Below, in pieces: positions 47,759 to 55,633 of a stretch of 64,000 nt of DNA. Every line of letters starts with the position of its first letter. Within the stretch, counting starts at the first letter, position 1. The translations under genes and the position numbers were made by a program. The notes under the pieces were generated by a model that ran no database searches, was not told the DNA's origin, and worked only from the letters and a program-made list of their open reading frames with translations. Origin of the DNA: Candidatus Giovannonibacteria bacterium RIFCSPHIGHO2_12_FULL_44_22 (lineage in GTDB: Bacteria > Patescibacteriota > Minisyncoccia > UBA11713 > 2-01-FULL-45-33); NCBI GenBank assembly GCA_001778695.1, contig MFHU01000004.1, positions 210 to 64,209 on the forward strand, in the 5' to 3' direction.

Positions 47759-50700
47759 ATGTTTGATGAAAAGGAGATTTTGAATTTTTGGGAGAAAAAT
47801 AAGATTTTTGAGCGCAGTGTAAATAACAGAAAAGGCAAGAAACCGTTTATTTTTTATGAGGGCCCGCCGACGGCCAATAATGTCCCGCATATGGGGCATT
47901 TTGAAACGCGCGTTTTTAAAGATGTAGTTTTAAGGTATAAAACAATGCGTGGGTTCTACGCGCCCCGCCGAGCGGGGTGGGACACGCACGGTCTGCCGGT
48001 GGAGGTGGAGGTTGAAAAAACCTTGGGGCTGAAAAATAAAAAAGATATAGAAAAATATGGCATTGCGGCTTTTAACAAAAAGTGCAGAGAATCGGTTTGG
48101 AAATATAAGGAGCTTTGGGAAAGGATGACACATCGCATGGGTTTTTGGATAGATATGGAACGCCCCTATATCACTTATGGAAATTCTTACATAGAATCTC
48201 TTTGGGGAATAATAAAAAAATTCGCGGATAAAAATTTGCTTTATGAAGATTACAAAGTAATGCCCTGGTGCGCGAGGTGTGGCACGGCATTATCCAGCCA
48301 TGAATTGGCACAAGGATATGAGAAAATCAACGAAAACTCTATTTTCGTTAAATTTCCAATTCGCCTGCCGGACGGACAGGTTTCCAATTCACAATTTTCA
48401 AACTCATATTTTCTAGTTTGGACAACAACTCCCTGGACATTGCCTGGAAACGTTGCCTTGGCTGTGAATCCAAAAATTGATTATGTCTTTGCAAAAAAAG
48501 ATGATTCAGACGAAACGCTGATTTTAGCGGAATCGCGAGTATCTGCTTTGGGAGAAGAATTTAAAATTTTAAAAAAAGCGCGCGGATCAGAATTTGTCGG
48601 CAATAAATATGAACCATTATATTCAAATAACGCTCCATATAAAGTAGTCGGTGGCGATTTTGTTTCTGCGGAAGAGGGCACGGGCATTGTTCATATCGCT
48701 CCAGCTTTTGGCGAAGACGATTTTCAACTTTCCAAAAAATTTAATTTGCCGGTTCTTGCGACAACGGATGAGCGTGGTCTGATGCGCGCGCCGGGAAAAC
48801 CATGGAATGGCGAGTGGTTTTCCGCCCTAGGCGGACCCGCCTCTGGCGGGAAAAAAGCGAACGAATTAATTATTGAAGACCTAAAATCACGCGGACTTTT
48901 ATTTAAAACTGAACTTTACGAACACGATTATCCATTTTGCTGGAGATGCAAAACGCCCTTGATGTATTTCGCCAGAAAATCTTGGTGGGTGGACGTAAAT
49001 AAAGTGAGAAAAAATCTGATAGCCAATAACCGCTCCATAAATTGGTATCCCGAGCATACTAAAGAGGGCCGGATGGGCGAGTGGCTGAAGGAAGAAAAAA
49101 ATTGGGCGTTTTCTAGAGAACGTTATTGGGGCACACCTTTGCCGATTTGGCGGTGCGAAAAGTGCAAGAAATGGGAAACATTCGGTTCAATAGAAGAATT
49201 AAAAAAACGCAACGCAACTTCAGGAAATAAATATTTTATAATGCGCCACGGAGAGGCGGAGAGCAACATAAAAAATATTGTGAACGGGGACATAAATAAA
49301 AATCACTACCCGCTTACACCGAGAGGCAAAAAACAAGTTGAGGTCTCGGTTAAAAATTTGCTTAAGAAAAAAATAAAACCCGATTTAATTTTTTCTTCCC
49401 CGTTTTTGCGCGCAGAAGAAACAGCAGAACTCATCGGGCAAAAATTAAGCATTGATAAGCAAAATATAAAAATTGATCCGCGATTTGGGGAAGTATATTG
49501 GGGTATTTTTGATGATACTGACCCTGCCAAATATCACGCTTATTATAAAAATCCGTTGGAGAAATTCGAGAAAGCTCCGCCGGAAGGCGAATCATTTTTG
49601 GATGTTAAAAAAAGAGTTTGGGACGCGCTTTCAGAGATTGAAGCGAGATACAAAAATAAAACCGTTTTAATAATAAGCCATGAAGACCCTATTTGGATGC
49701 TTTGGGCGGCCGCGGAAGGCAAAAACAATACGGAGTCGCTTTTGGAAAACAAAAAGCGAGATCAGTTTATAAAAACCGCAGAGTTTATCGAATTAAATCC
49801 TAATTTCCCGGCGCTTCCGCGCGACGAGAGTCTGATTTTGAATTTACACAAGCCGTATATTGATGAAATTAAATTAAAATGCCAATGCGGAGGCCAAATG
49901 CGAAGAGTGTCGGAGGTTTGCGATGTTTGGTTTGATTCGGGGGCAATGCCATTTGCGGCCAAGTATTATCCCAAATTGTATCCATCGGACTACATAACAG
50001 AAGGAGTTGATATGACTCGCGGATGGTTTTACACGCTTTTGGCCGTGGCTACTTTGCTTGGTAAAAAAGCGCCTTACAAAAATATAATTTCATTAGGGCA
50101 TGTTTTGGATGAAAAAGGGAAGAAGCTTTCCAAATCTTTGGGAAATTTTGTGGACCCGATGATTTTGATTGAAAAATACGGCGCGGAGCCGGCTCGGTGG
50201 TATTTTCTTACGGTAAACCAGCCGTGGGATTCCAAGCTTTTCAGGGAAGCAGACATCAAAGACGCCTCGCGCAGATTCCTCGTGATTCTGTGGAATGTTT
50301 TGCAATTTTGGAAAATATATGGAGGGAAATCTGGGAAAATTATTAGGTCCAAACTTCTAATCAATAAATGGGTTTTGGCGAAACTATCTGAAACCGCAAA
50401 TGCTATCACAAAAAAACTAGACAATTATGATATTGTCGGCGCCGCGCGCGAGCTGGAAAATTTTGTGACGGAGGATATTTCCCGTTGGTATATTCGCCGG
50501 ATTCGCGACGTGATGAAAGAAAATTCCTCCGTATCCAAAGAGACAAGTGCGGTTTTGCGCCATGTGCTTTTGGAAATTTCAAAACTTCTCGCCCCCTTCG
50601 CGCCGTTTATTTCGGAAAAAATTTGGTTGGAACTCGGAAATAAAAATAGCGTTCATCTGGAAGATTGGCCTCGCGGCCTGGAAATACAGCGAGGCAGTAT

Positions 50701-51151
50701 TTTGAAATTCATGCAAGAAACCAGAAGGATAGTTGGTCTTGCGCTGGAGGAGAGAGCCAAAGTAGGTATTAAAGTTAGACAGCCGCTCGCGCTTTTAAAA
50801 TTAAATAAAACTTATTCAAAACTCACCGCGGACTTTTTAGCGTTAATTAAAGCCGAGGTCAATGTTAAAGATATTGTTTTTGATTCTACATTGAAGGACG
50901 AAGTCCGGTTAGATACAAATATTACACCAAAATTAAAAGAAGAAGGCCTGCTCCGCGATCTTATCCGCGAAATCCAATCGGCTAGAAAAACGGCTGGTTT
51001 GAAGCCCAAAGACAAAGTAGCCGCCCAAATCTTCCTACCAAAAGAAATTTTAGAAATCGCCGAAAAATATGAAAAAGACTTAATGAAAGAGACAGGTTTA
51101 AAATCTCTCCACCTTTCCGAATCTCCCGCAATAAAAATTTCATTGAAATAA
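47759..51151 (+). CDS. ileS: Isoleucine--tRNA ligase (type 2) with inserted histidine-phosphatase domain
   Basis: GPPTAN..PHMGH, GWDTHGLP, WTTTPWT, SRERYWG, KLSKS; internal RHGE domain. Confidence 0.95.
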   Translation: MFDEKEILNFWEKNKIFERSVNNRKGKKPFIFYEGPPTANNVPHMGHFETRVFKDVVLRYKTMRGFYAPRRAGWDTHGLPVEVEVEKTLGLKNKKDIEKYGIAAFNKKCRESVWKYKELWERMTHRMGFWIDMERPYITYGNSYIESLWGIIKKFADKNLLYEDYKVMPWCARCGTALSSHELAQGYEKINENSIFVKFPIRLPDGQVSNSQFSNSYFLVWTTTPWTLPGNVALAVNPKIDYVFAKKDDSDETLILAESRVSALGEEFKILKKARGSEFVGNKYEPLYSNNAPYKVVGGDFVSAEEGTGIVHIAPAFGEDDFQLSKKFNLPVLATTDERGLMRAPGKPWNGEWFSALGGPASGGKKANELIIEDLKSRGLLFKTELYEHDYPFCWRCKTPLMYFARKSWWVDVNKVRKNLIANNRSINWYPEHTKEGRMGEWLKEEKNWAFSRERYWGTPLPIWRCEKCKKWETFGSIEELKKRNATSGNKYFIMRHGEAESNIKNIVNGDINKNHYPLTPRGKKQVEVSVKNLLKKKIKPDLIFSSPFLRAEETAELIGQKLSIDKQNIKIDPRFGEVYWGIFDDTDPAKYHAYYKNPLEKFEKAPPEGESFLDVKKRVWDALSEIEARYKNKTVLIISHEDPIWMLWAAAEGKNNTESLLENKKRDQFIKTAEFIELNPNFPALPRDESLILNLHKPYIDEIKLKCQCGGQMRRVSEVCDVWFDSGAMPFAAKYYPKLYPSDYITEGVDMTRGWFYTLLAVATLLGKKAPYKNIISLGHVLDEKGKKLSKSLGNFVDPMILIEKYGAEPARWYFLTVNQPWDSKLFREADIKDASRRFLVILWNVLQFWKIYGGKSGKIIRSKLLINKWVLAKLSETANAITKKLDNYDIVGAARELENFVTEDISRWYIRRIRDVMKENSSVSKETSAVLRHVLLEISKLLAPFAPFISEKIWLELGNKNSVHLEDWPRGLEIQRGSILKFMQETRRIVGLALEERAKVGIKVRQPLALLKLNKTYSKLTADFLALIKAEVNVKDIVFDSTLKDEVRLDTNITPKLKEEGLLRDLIREIQSARKTAGLKPKDKVAAQIFLPKEILEIAEKYEKDLMKETGLKSLHLSESPAIKISLK
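48821..48850 (+). repeat. 30-bp double-hairpin in-frame insertion (SALGGPASGG)
   Basis: TCCGCCCTAGGCGGA-CCCGCCTCTGGCGGG. Confidence 0.85.
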
Positions 51152-51201
51152 AAAAATAGGGGCGACTTCGCCCCAATTCGGGACCAGATTGATTCCAAAA
51201 C

Positions 51202-51585
51202 CTAATTTGGCCATAGCGCGAGCAATTTTATCAGCCCGCCATCAAAAATGAACAGGAACAGCCAGTGCCCGGCTGAGATTGCTATGACAAACGGCCAGGC
51301 AATCTGTATCAGTCTCCATTGCCACATTGCCATTTCTTCTCCGCCGCAAAACAGATATACGCCATTCCCCATGACTGTTTCCACTAGCCCTGAGCCGACC
51401 ATGTTTTTGCAGGCTCGCTCAATGTCGCCCGCGATCAAATATCCGACATTGAGATAGATTGCCGCGATAAACAGAAGTATTAAGATTCCTACTACTAGCT
51501 TCTTCTTGCGATATTTGGCATTTACTGCCTCCGCCATTTTTTGGCCGTCAATCCTGCTATCATCCCTGCTAATACTACTTTCCAT
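51202..51585 (-). CDS. Hypothetical membrane protein
   Basis: Two hydrophobic segments, AGGAGG SD, consensus promoter, terminator at 51152-51174. Confidence 0.72.
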   Translation of the reverse strand: MESSISRDDSRIDGQKMAEAVNAKYRKKKLVVGILILLFIAAIYLNVGYLIAGDIERACKNMVGSGLVETVMGNGVYLFCGGEEMAMWQWRLIQIAWPFVIAISAGHWLFLFIFDGGLIKLLALWPN

Positions 51586-51652
51586 AAAATACCCCTCCTT
51601 TTGGGTTGTTTTTGAGCCTAAATAAGGCTAGTTTTTATTGTTCTCTGCTTCT

Positions 51653-51681
51653 ATTATACACCCAAAGGAGGTGGTTGTCAA
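51653..51681 (-). promoter_or_regulatory. Consensus sigma70 promoter
   Basis: Minus strand TTGACA-N17-TATAAT. Confidence 0.85.
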
Positions 51682-51717
51682 TAGTGACAATTCGGACAGA
51701 TGATATAAGCTTTAGAT

Positions 51718-52005
51718 ATGGCTAACGGTACTATAACAATAATTCCTAAAAAAATTACCGGTGGAGTTGAAGATTTGGTCATGTTGCCGCGCGGTGAATT
51801 TGAGGAAATGCAGGAGCGCCTGCGCCAAGTGCCGGTCCTGAAAAGATACGAAATTGTACATCATCAAAAAAAACAATACCAAGTTCCAGTATATCAATTG
51901 ATTGGAAAAGCAGCTTCGCGTCTTGATAGAAGAGTCAAAGCGGCTCTGAGAGAATTTAAGGCTGGCAGAACAAAGCCGCTTAAGTCTTTGGCGGAGCTTA
52001 GGTAA
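51718..52005 (+). CDS. Putative antitoxin
   Basis: Upstream of a RelE-like gene; C-terminus EFKAGRTKPLKSL resembles that of the ORF at 61729. Confidence 0.65.
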   Translation: MANGTITIIPKKITGGVEDLVMLPRGEFEEMQERLRQVPVLKRYEIVHHQKKQYQVPVYQLIGKAASRLDRRVKAALREFKAGRTKPLKSLAELR

Positions 52006-52019
52006 TAATTTTGAAGTAG

Positions 52020-52280
52020 ATGAATATCTATAAATTGCCGCGGTTTGATCGCAGATATAAAAAATTACCTGCTAAAATTAAAGACCGCGCAGAAGAACGC
52101 GAGGCAATTTTTAAATTAAACCCATTCGATCTTAGACTAGAAACGCACAAGCTTCATGGCAAACAAAAAGACGAATGGTCGTATTCCATCGGCTATGATT
52201 ACCGCATTATGTTTATATTCCTAAAAAACGGCGATGTTATATATACCGATGTCGGGACACACGACGAAGTTTATATTTGA
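52020..52280 (+). CDS. RelE/YafQ-like mRNA interferase toxin
   Basis: F...YKKL...NPF...LETHKLHG...WS.S...YRI.F...GTHD. Confidence 0.85.
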   Translation: MNIYKLPRFDRRYKKLPAKIKDRAEEREAIFKLNPFDLRLETHKLHGKQKDEWSYSIGYDYRIMFIFLKNGDVIYTDVGTHDEVYI

Positions 52281-52282
52281 AT

Positions 52283-52362
52283 AAAAAAACTTTGGCCAAA
52301 GAAACCAATCTAAAATCCCTATACCCCCCGAATCCATGGAAACAAAAATTTCACTGAAATAA
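52283..52362 (+). pseudogene. Diverged relic of the ileS 3' end
   Basis: KKTLAKETNLKSLYP/ESMETKISLK* (1-nt deletion), versus IleRS EKDLMKETGLKSLHLSESPAIKISLK*. Confidence 0.85.
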
Positions 52363-52922
52363 TGCCCAGCGCGTATTTTAAAACCGAAGGTTTAATTATT
52401 AAAAAGATGCCTTTTGCGGAGGCGGATTTTTTGGTGAGAGTTTTTACGAAAGATTTCGGCAAAATGGACGCGCTGGCGAAAGGCGCGAGGAAAACCGCTT
52501 CAAAACTCAATCCGCATCTGGATATTTTAAACCATATCCGCATGCAGTTTGTGAAAAACGGCGAGCGGATTTCGACATTAATGGACGCCGAGATTATCTC
52601 TAAATACGATGATTGGTTTTTGACCGCGGATAAACTCTCTGTCGCGGGAAGAATTTTACAGGTAATTGATATGGTTATTCTGCCCGGCGCCAAAGACGGA
52701 AAATTATTTTTTATGTTACTGGATTTTTTTTCCGCCCGAGGCGGATCCGCCTTTGGCGGAGGATCTTTTGAGACTGTGGCAATAAATTTCCTCCGCAATT
52801 TTTTTAAGCACGAGGGCTACGGCGACACTTTGCCGGGTAGTGAAGCGCAGCTCTACTACCCGGCTTTGCCAGATTATTGTAGAGAAGCTATTATTAAACT
52901 TTGGCCTCAATTAAAAAATTGA
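52362..52922 (+). CDS. recO: DNA repair protein RecO (short)
   Basis: TEG.II....EAD....FT.DFGK....AKGARK..SKL. Confidence 0.88.
   Translation: MPSAYFKTEGLIIKKMPFAEADFLVRVFTKDFGKMDALAKGARKTASKLNPHLDILNHIRMQFVKNGERISTLMDAEIISKYDDWFLTADKLSVAGRILQVIDMVILPGAKDGKLFFMLLDFFSARGGSAFGGGSFETVAINFLRNFFKHEGYGDTLPGSEAQLYYPALPDYCREAIIKLWPQLKN
52731..52760 (+). repeat. 30-bp double-hairpin in-frame insertion (SARGGSAFGG)
   Basis: TCCGCCCGAGGCGGA-TCCGCCTTTGGCGGA. Confidence 0.85.
52833..52863 (+). repeat. Mini (31 bp) copy of the hairpin element, in frame in recO
   Basis: CTTTG-CCGGGTAGTGAAGC-GCA-GCTCTACTACCCGG-CTTTG; 31+5 = 36 nt. Confidence 0.8.
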
Positions 52923-52923
52923 T

Positions 52924-53199
52924 ATGAAGTTTTATTATGTTTATCTTTTAGAAAGCATTAAGAATGGCAATTTATATATTGGCTATACTAAGGATTTACT
53001 TAGGCGTATTAAAGAACATAATCAGGGTTTAAATTTTTCTACTAAACCTTATCGTCCTTGGCGTTTAATTTATTACGAGGCATGTCTTAACGAGAAGGAC
53101 GCGGAGAGAAGAGAAAAATATTTAAAGACAAATCAAGACGCCAGGCTCATTAAGCGCAGAATAAAAGAATATCTTTATTTAAAGCGCATTCAGGAGTAA
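52924..53199 (+). CDS. GIY-YIG nuclease family protein
   Basis: YYVYLL.S...LYIGYT.DL.RR..EHN.G...YYE...A..REKYLK. Confidence 0.9.
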   Translation: MKFYYVYLLESIKNGNLYIGYTKDLLRRIKEHNQGLNFSTKPYRPWRLIYYEACLNEKDAERREKYLKTNQDARLIKRRIKEYLYLKRIQE

Positions 53200-53208
53200 T
53201 ATAAAAAT

Positions 53209-53598
53209 ATGAAGCCAGAATCAATTAATCACATACTGCTTATGGTTAGTAATGTGAAAAAAACCGAGAAGTTTTATGTCAAAATTTTGGGCAAACCAAT
53301 ACATAAAGACAAAGATTCTGTGGCATGGAAAATTAGGGACACAAAATTATTTTTCGGTTTGCCATTTAAGAAATTGAGAGGCAATGTGTTTAATCGAAAT
53401 CACATTGGTCTCAATCATTTGGCTTTCGCGGTTCGTACTTTGAACGAATTGAAGAAATGGGAGAAAAAATTAAATGACTCAGGAATTAAAAACAGTGGGA
53501 TAATTAAAGATAAATACAAAAATCAAGATTATATTTGGTTTGATGACCCAGATAATATAAGACAGGAATTTTATCTACATCCACCTAATGAGGAATGA
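53209..53598 (+). CDS. VOC/glyoxalase family protein
   Basis: INHI.L.V...FY..ILG, GLNHLAF.V, F.DPD.I..E. Confidence 0.88.
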   Translation: MKPESINHILLMVSNVKKTEKFYVKILGKPIHKDKDSVAWKIRDTKLFFGLPFKKLRGNVFNRNHIGLNHLAFAVRTLNELKKWEKKLNDSGIKNSGIIKDKYKNQDYIWFDDPDNIRQEFYLHPPNEE

Positions 53599-53612
53599 AA
53601 CTAAAAACTATG

Positions 53613-53749
53613 CCAGGTAGTGAAATTTCGCATCGTCGCTACGCGACGCGCTTTTATTGAGTGTGGCAGGCGCATTATTTTAAGGTATAATGGTTTTATG
53701 TTCAACAACGTCAAAACAATTACTAGCAATGCGAAATTCTACTACCTGG
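53613..53749 (+). repeat. Start-codon hairpin element, copy 6 (137 bp)
   Basis: TATG-CCAGGTAGTGAAATTTCGCAT...ATGCGAAATTCTACTACCTGG-TATG. Confidence 0.9.
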
Positions 53750-53750
53750 T

Positions 53751-55625
53751 ATGGCCAATCTTGAAGAGCTGAAAAAACGGCTTTATAAAGAAAAAGAAGC
53801 ATTTGGCGAGCGTATGATCTCGCCGGAACTTGCCCGCTCGAAAAGAGCGAAGGCTTTTTTTTGGCACGAAACCGCGAGGGAAGTCAGCCGTAATGGATGG
53901 TTTTTGTGGGCGCTGGTTTTAGTTTTTATTTTAATTTTTTTGGGATTCCTATTTTTTATTTTCGGTTCGCCCACGATTTTTAAATCACAAAAAGTTGAGT
54001 TAAAAATTGAGGGAGCCAAGGAAATAAAAAGCGGAGATAGGATAACTTGGCAGGTGAAAGTAACCAACAACAATAGCGACACTTTAGAGGGCGCGGCTTT
54101 GGTTTTTAATTTTCCGGACGGAGCCATGCCGGCGGTTGGCGCCAAGCCCGCGGGAATTTTTAGGGAACGGCGCTCTTTGGGGAAAATCCTCCCGGGCGAG
54201 AGCGCCTCGGAAAATTTTGACGCCTTTGTTTTTGGCGGCCGGGGCGCCTTAAAAGAAGCTTCTGCGGTTTTGGAATACCGCCCGGCTGGAGGAAGCGCGG
54301 TTTTTGCCACTGACACGTCTTTTCAATTTTCCGTCGCCAGCGCGCCGGTCACGGTTTCGTTTAAGATGCCGGGGGATCTTCGCATAGGCCAGAGGGTGGA
54401 AATAGAAGTGGATTACGGTTCGCAGGCTGCCGAAATTGTCCCCGGCCTTTCGCTGATGCTCACATTGCCGGACGGTTTTGAATTTATTTCCGCTTCGCCC
54501 GCAGCTTCGGCGCAAAATAAAAATATTTGGCCGGTAGGAAACCTGAAACCCTCTCAAACCGGGTCCATAAAAATAAAGGGCATTGTGAGAGGCGCCAATC
54601 TTGAATCAAAAGTTTTTAAAGCGGCTTTGGGGATTCTTAATGAAGCCGACAATTCTTTTTTGGCTTACGATGAAATTATGGAGCCCGCTATATTGCACGC
54701 GCCGTTTTTGGAAGCCGATATTTTGGTGAATGACCAGCAGAAATACATCGCTTTTCCCGGGGACACGCTTTCTTTTGAGATAAGATTAAAAAATAATTTG
54801 CCGACCGAGGTTAAAAACGCGAGCCTGGAGGCAAAAATAGAAAGCGCGGACGGCGCGGCCGACTTGGGCTCCATCAGAGTAGAAGGCGGATCATACAGTG
54901 AGTCGTCCAAAAGTATTTTATGGAACGCTTCCACTCACGGCGCATTTAAAGTGTTAGCTCCGGACGCGGAGGACAGAGTGACTTTCTCGGTTAAAGTAAA
55001 AAATAATTTGCCGCTTTCAAGCGAGTCTTTGCGCCCGTCAATAAAATTAAGCGTCACGTTTAATCCTGGCGGAGAGGTGGCCGGATTTTCTGGCACGGAC
55101 GTGTCCGGGTCGGTGGCGCTGGAAATTAAAGTTTCTTCCAAACTGCAAGCGGCGGCCAGCGCGCTTTATGCGAATTCCATCATTTCCAACAGCGGCCCTC
55201 TGCCACCCAAGACGGGGCAAGAAACAACTTACACAGTTTTCTGGTCGCTGGCCAATATGGCAAATGACGTTGATAATGTCGTGGTGAAATCTTCTCTGCC
55301 GCCGTATATTAATTTTAAAAATGTGATTATGCCTGCGGATGCCGATATTTCTTTTGATAAAGCCAGCAATGAAATTATTTGGAAGGTTGGAAGAATTCCG
55401 GCCGGAATCGGTTTTTTGCGCCCCGCCATCCAGGTAGCTTTTCAAGTGGGGCTTACGCCTTCTCAAAATCAGGTGGATACGGCGCCGGTTATTTTAAACG
55501 CCACGGAAGTTTCTGGCCGCGATACTTATACCGACCAAATTTTGAATTCCGGCGACGGCCCGATCTCCACCGACCTTCCGGACGACCCCAATATTGGATT
55601 TAGCCAGAAAAAAGTAGTACCATAA
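53751..55625 (+). CDS. Membrane-anchored protein with repeated Ig-like (DUF11-like) domains
   Basis: Single N-terminal TM, repeated beta-rich modules (LPDGFEF.SA.P, W.VG.L). Confidence 0.75.
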   Translation: MANLEELKKRLYKEKEAFGERMISPELARSKRAKAFFWHETAREVSRNGWFLWALVLVFILIFLGFLFFIFGSPTIFKSQKVELKIEGAKEIKSGDRITWQVKVTNNNSDTLEGAALVFNFPDGAMPAVGAKPAGIFRERRSLGKILPGESASENFDAFVFGGRGALKEASAVLEYRPAGGSAVFATDTSFQFSVASAPVTVSFKMPGDLRIGQRVEIEVDYGSQAAEIVPGLSLMLTLPDGFEFISASPAASAQNKNIWPVGNLKPSQTGSIKIKGIVRGANLESKVFKAALGILNEADNSFLAYDEIMEPAILHAPFLEADILVNDQQKYIAFPGDTLSFEIRLKNNLPTEVKNASLEAKIESADGAADLGSIRVEGGSYSESSKSILWNASTHGAFKVLAPDAEDRVTFSVKVKNNLPLSSESLRPSIKLSVTFNPGGEVAGFSGTDVSGSVALEIKVSSKLQAAASALYANSIISNSGPLPPKTGQETTYTVFWSLANMANDVDNVVVKSSLPPYINFKNVIMPADADISFDKASNEIIWKVGRIPAGIGFLRPAIQVAFQVGLTPSQNQVDTAPVILNATEVSGRDTYTDQILNSGDGPISTDLPDDPNIGFSQKKVVP

Positions 55626-55633
55626 AAAATCAA

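Noticed and set aside
8048-53749. Hairpin elements as integron attC sites, canonical REPs or terminators
   Set aside because: No RYYYAAC/GTTRRRY cores or integrase; GTAG is present but not followed by a local REP palindrome; no U tract after the stems; they precede core genes
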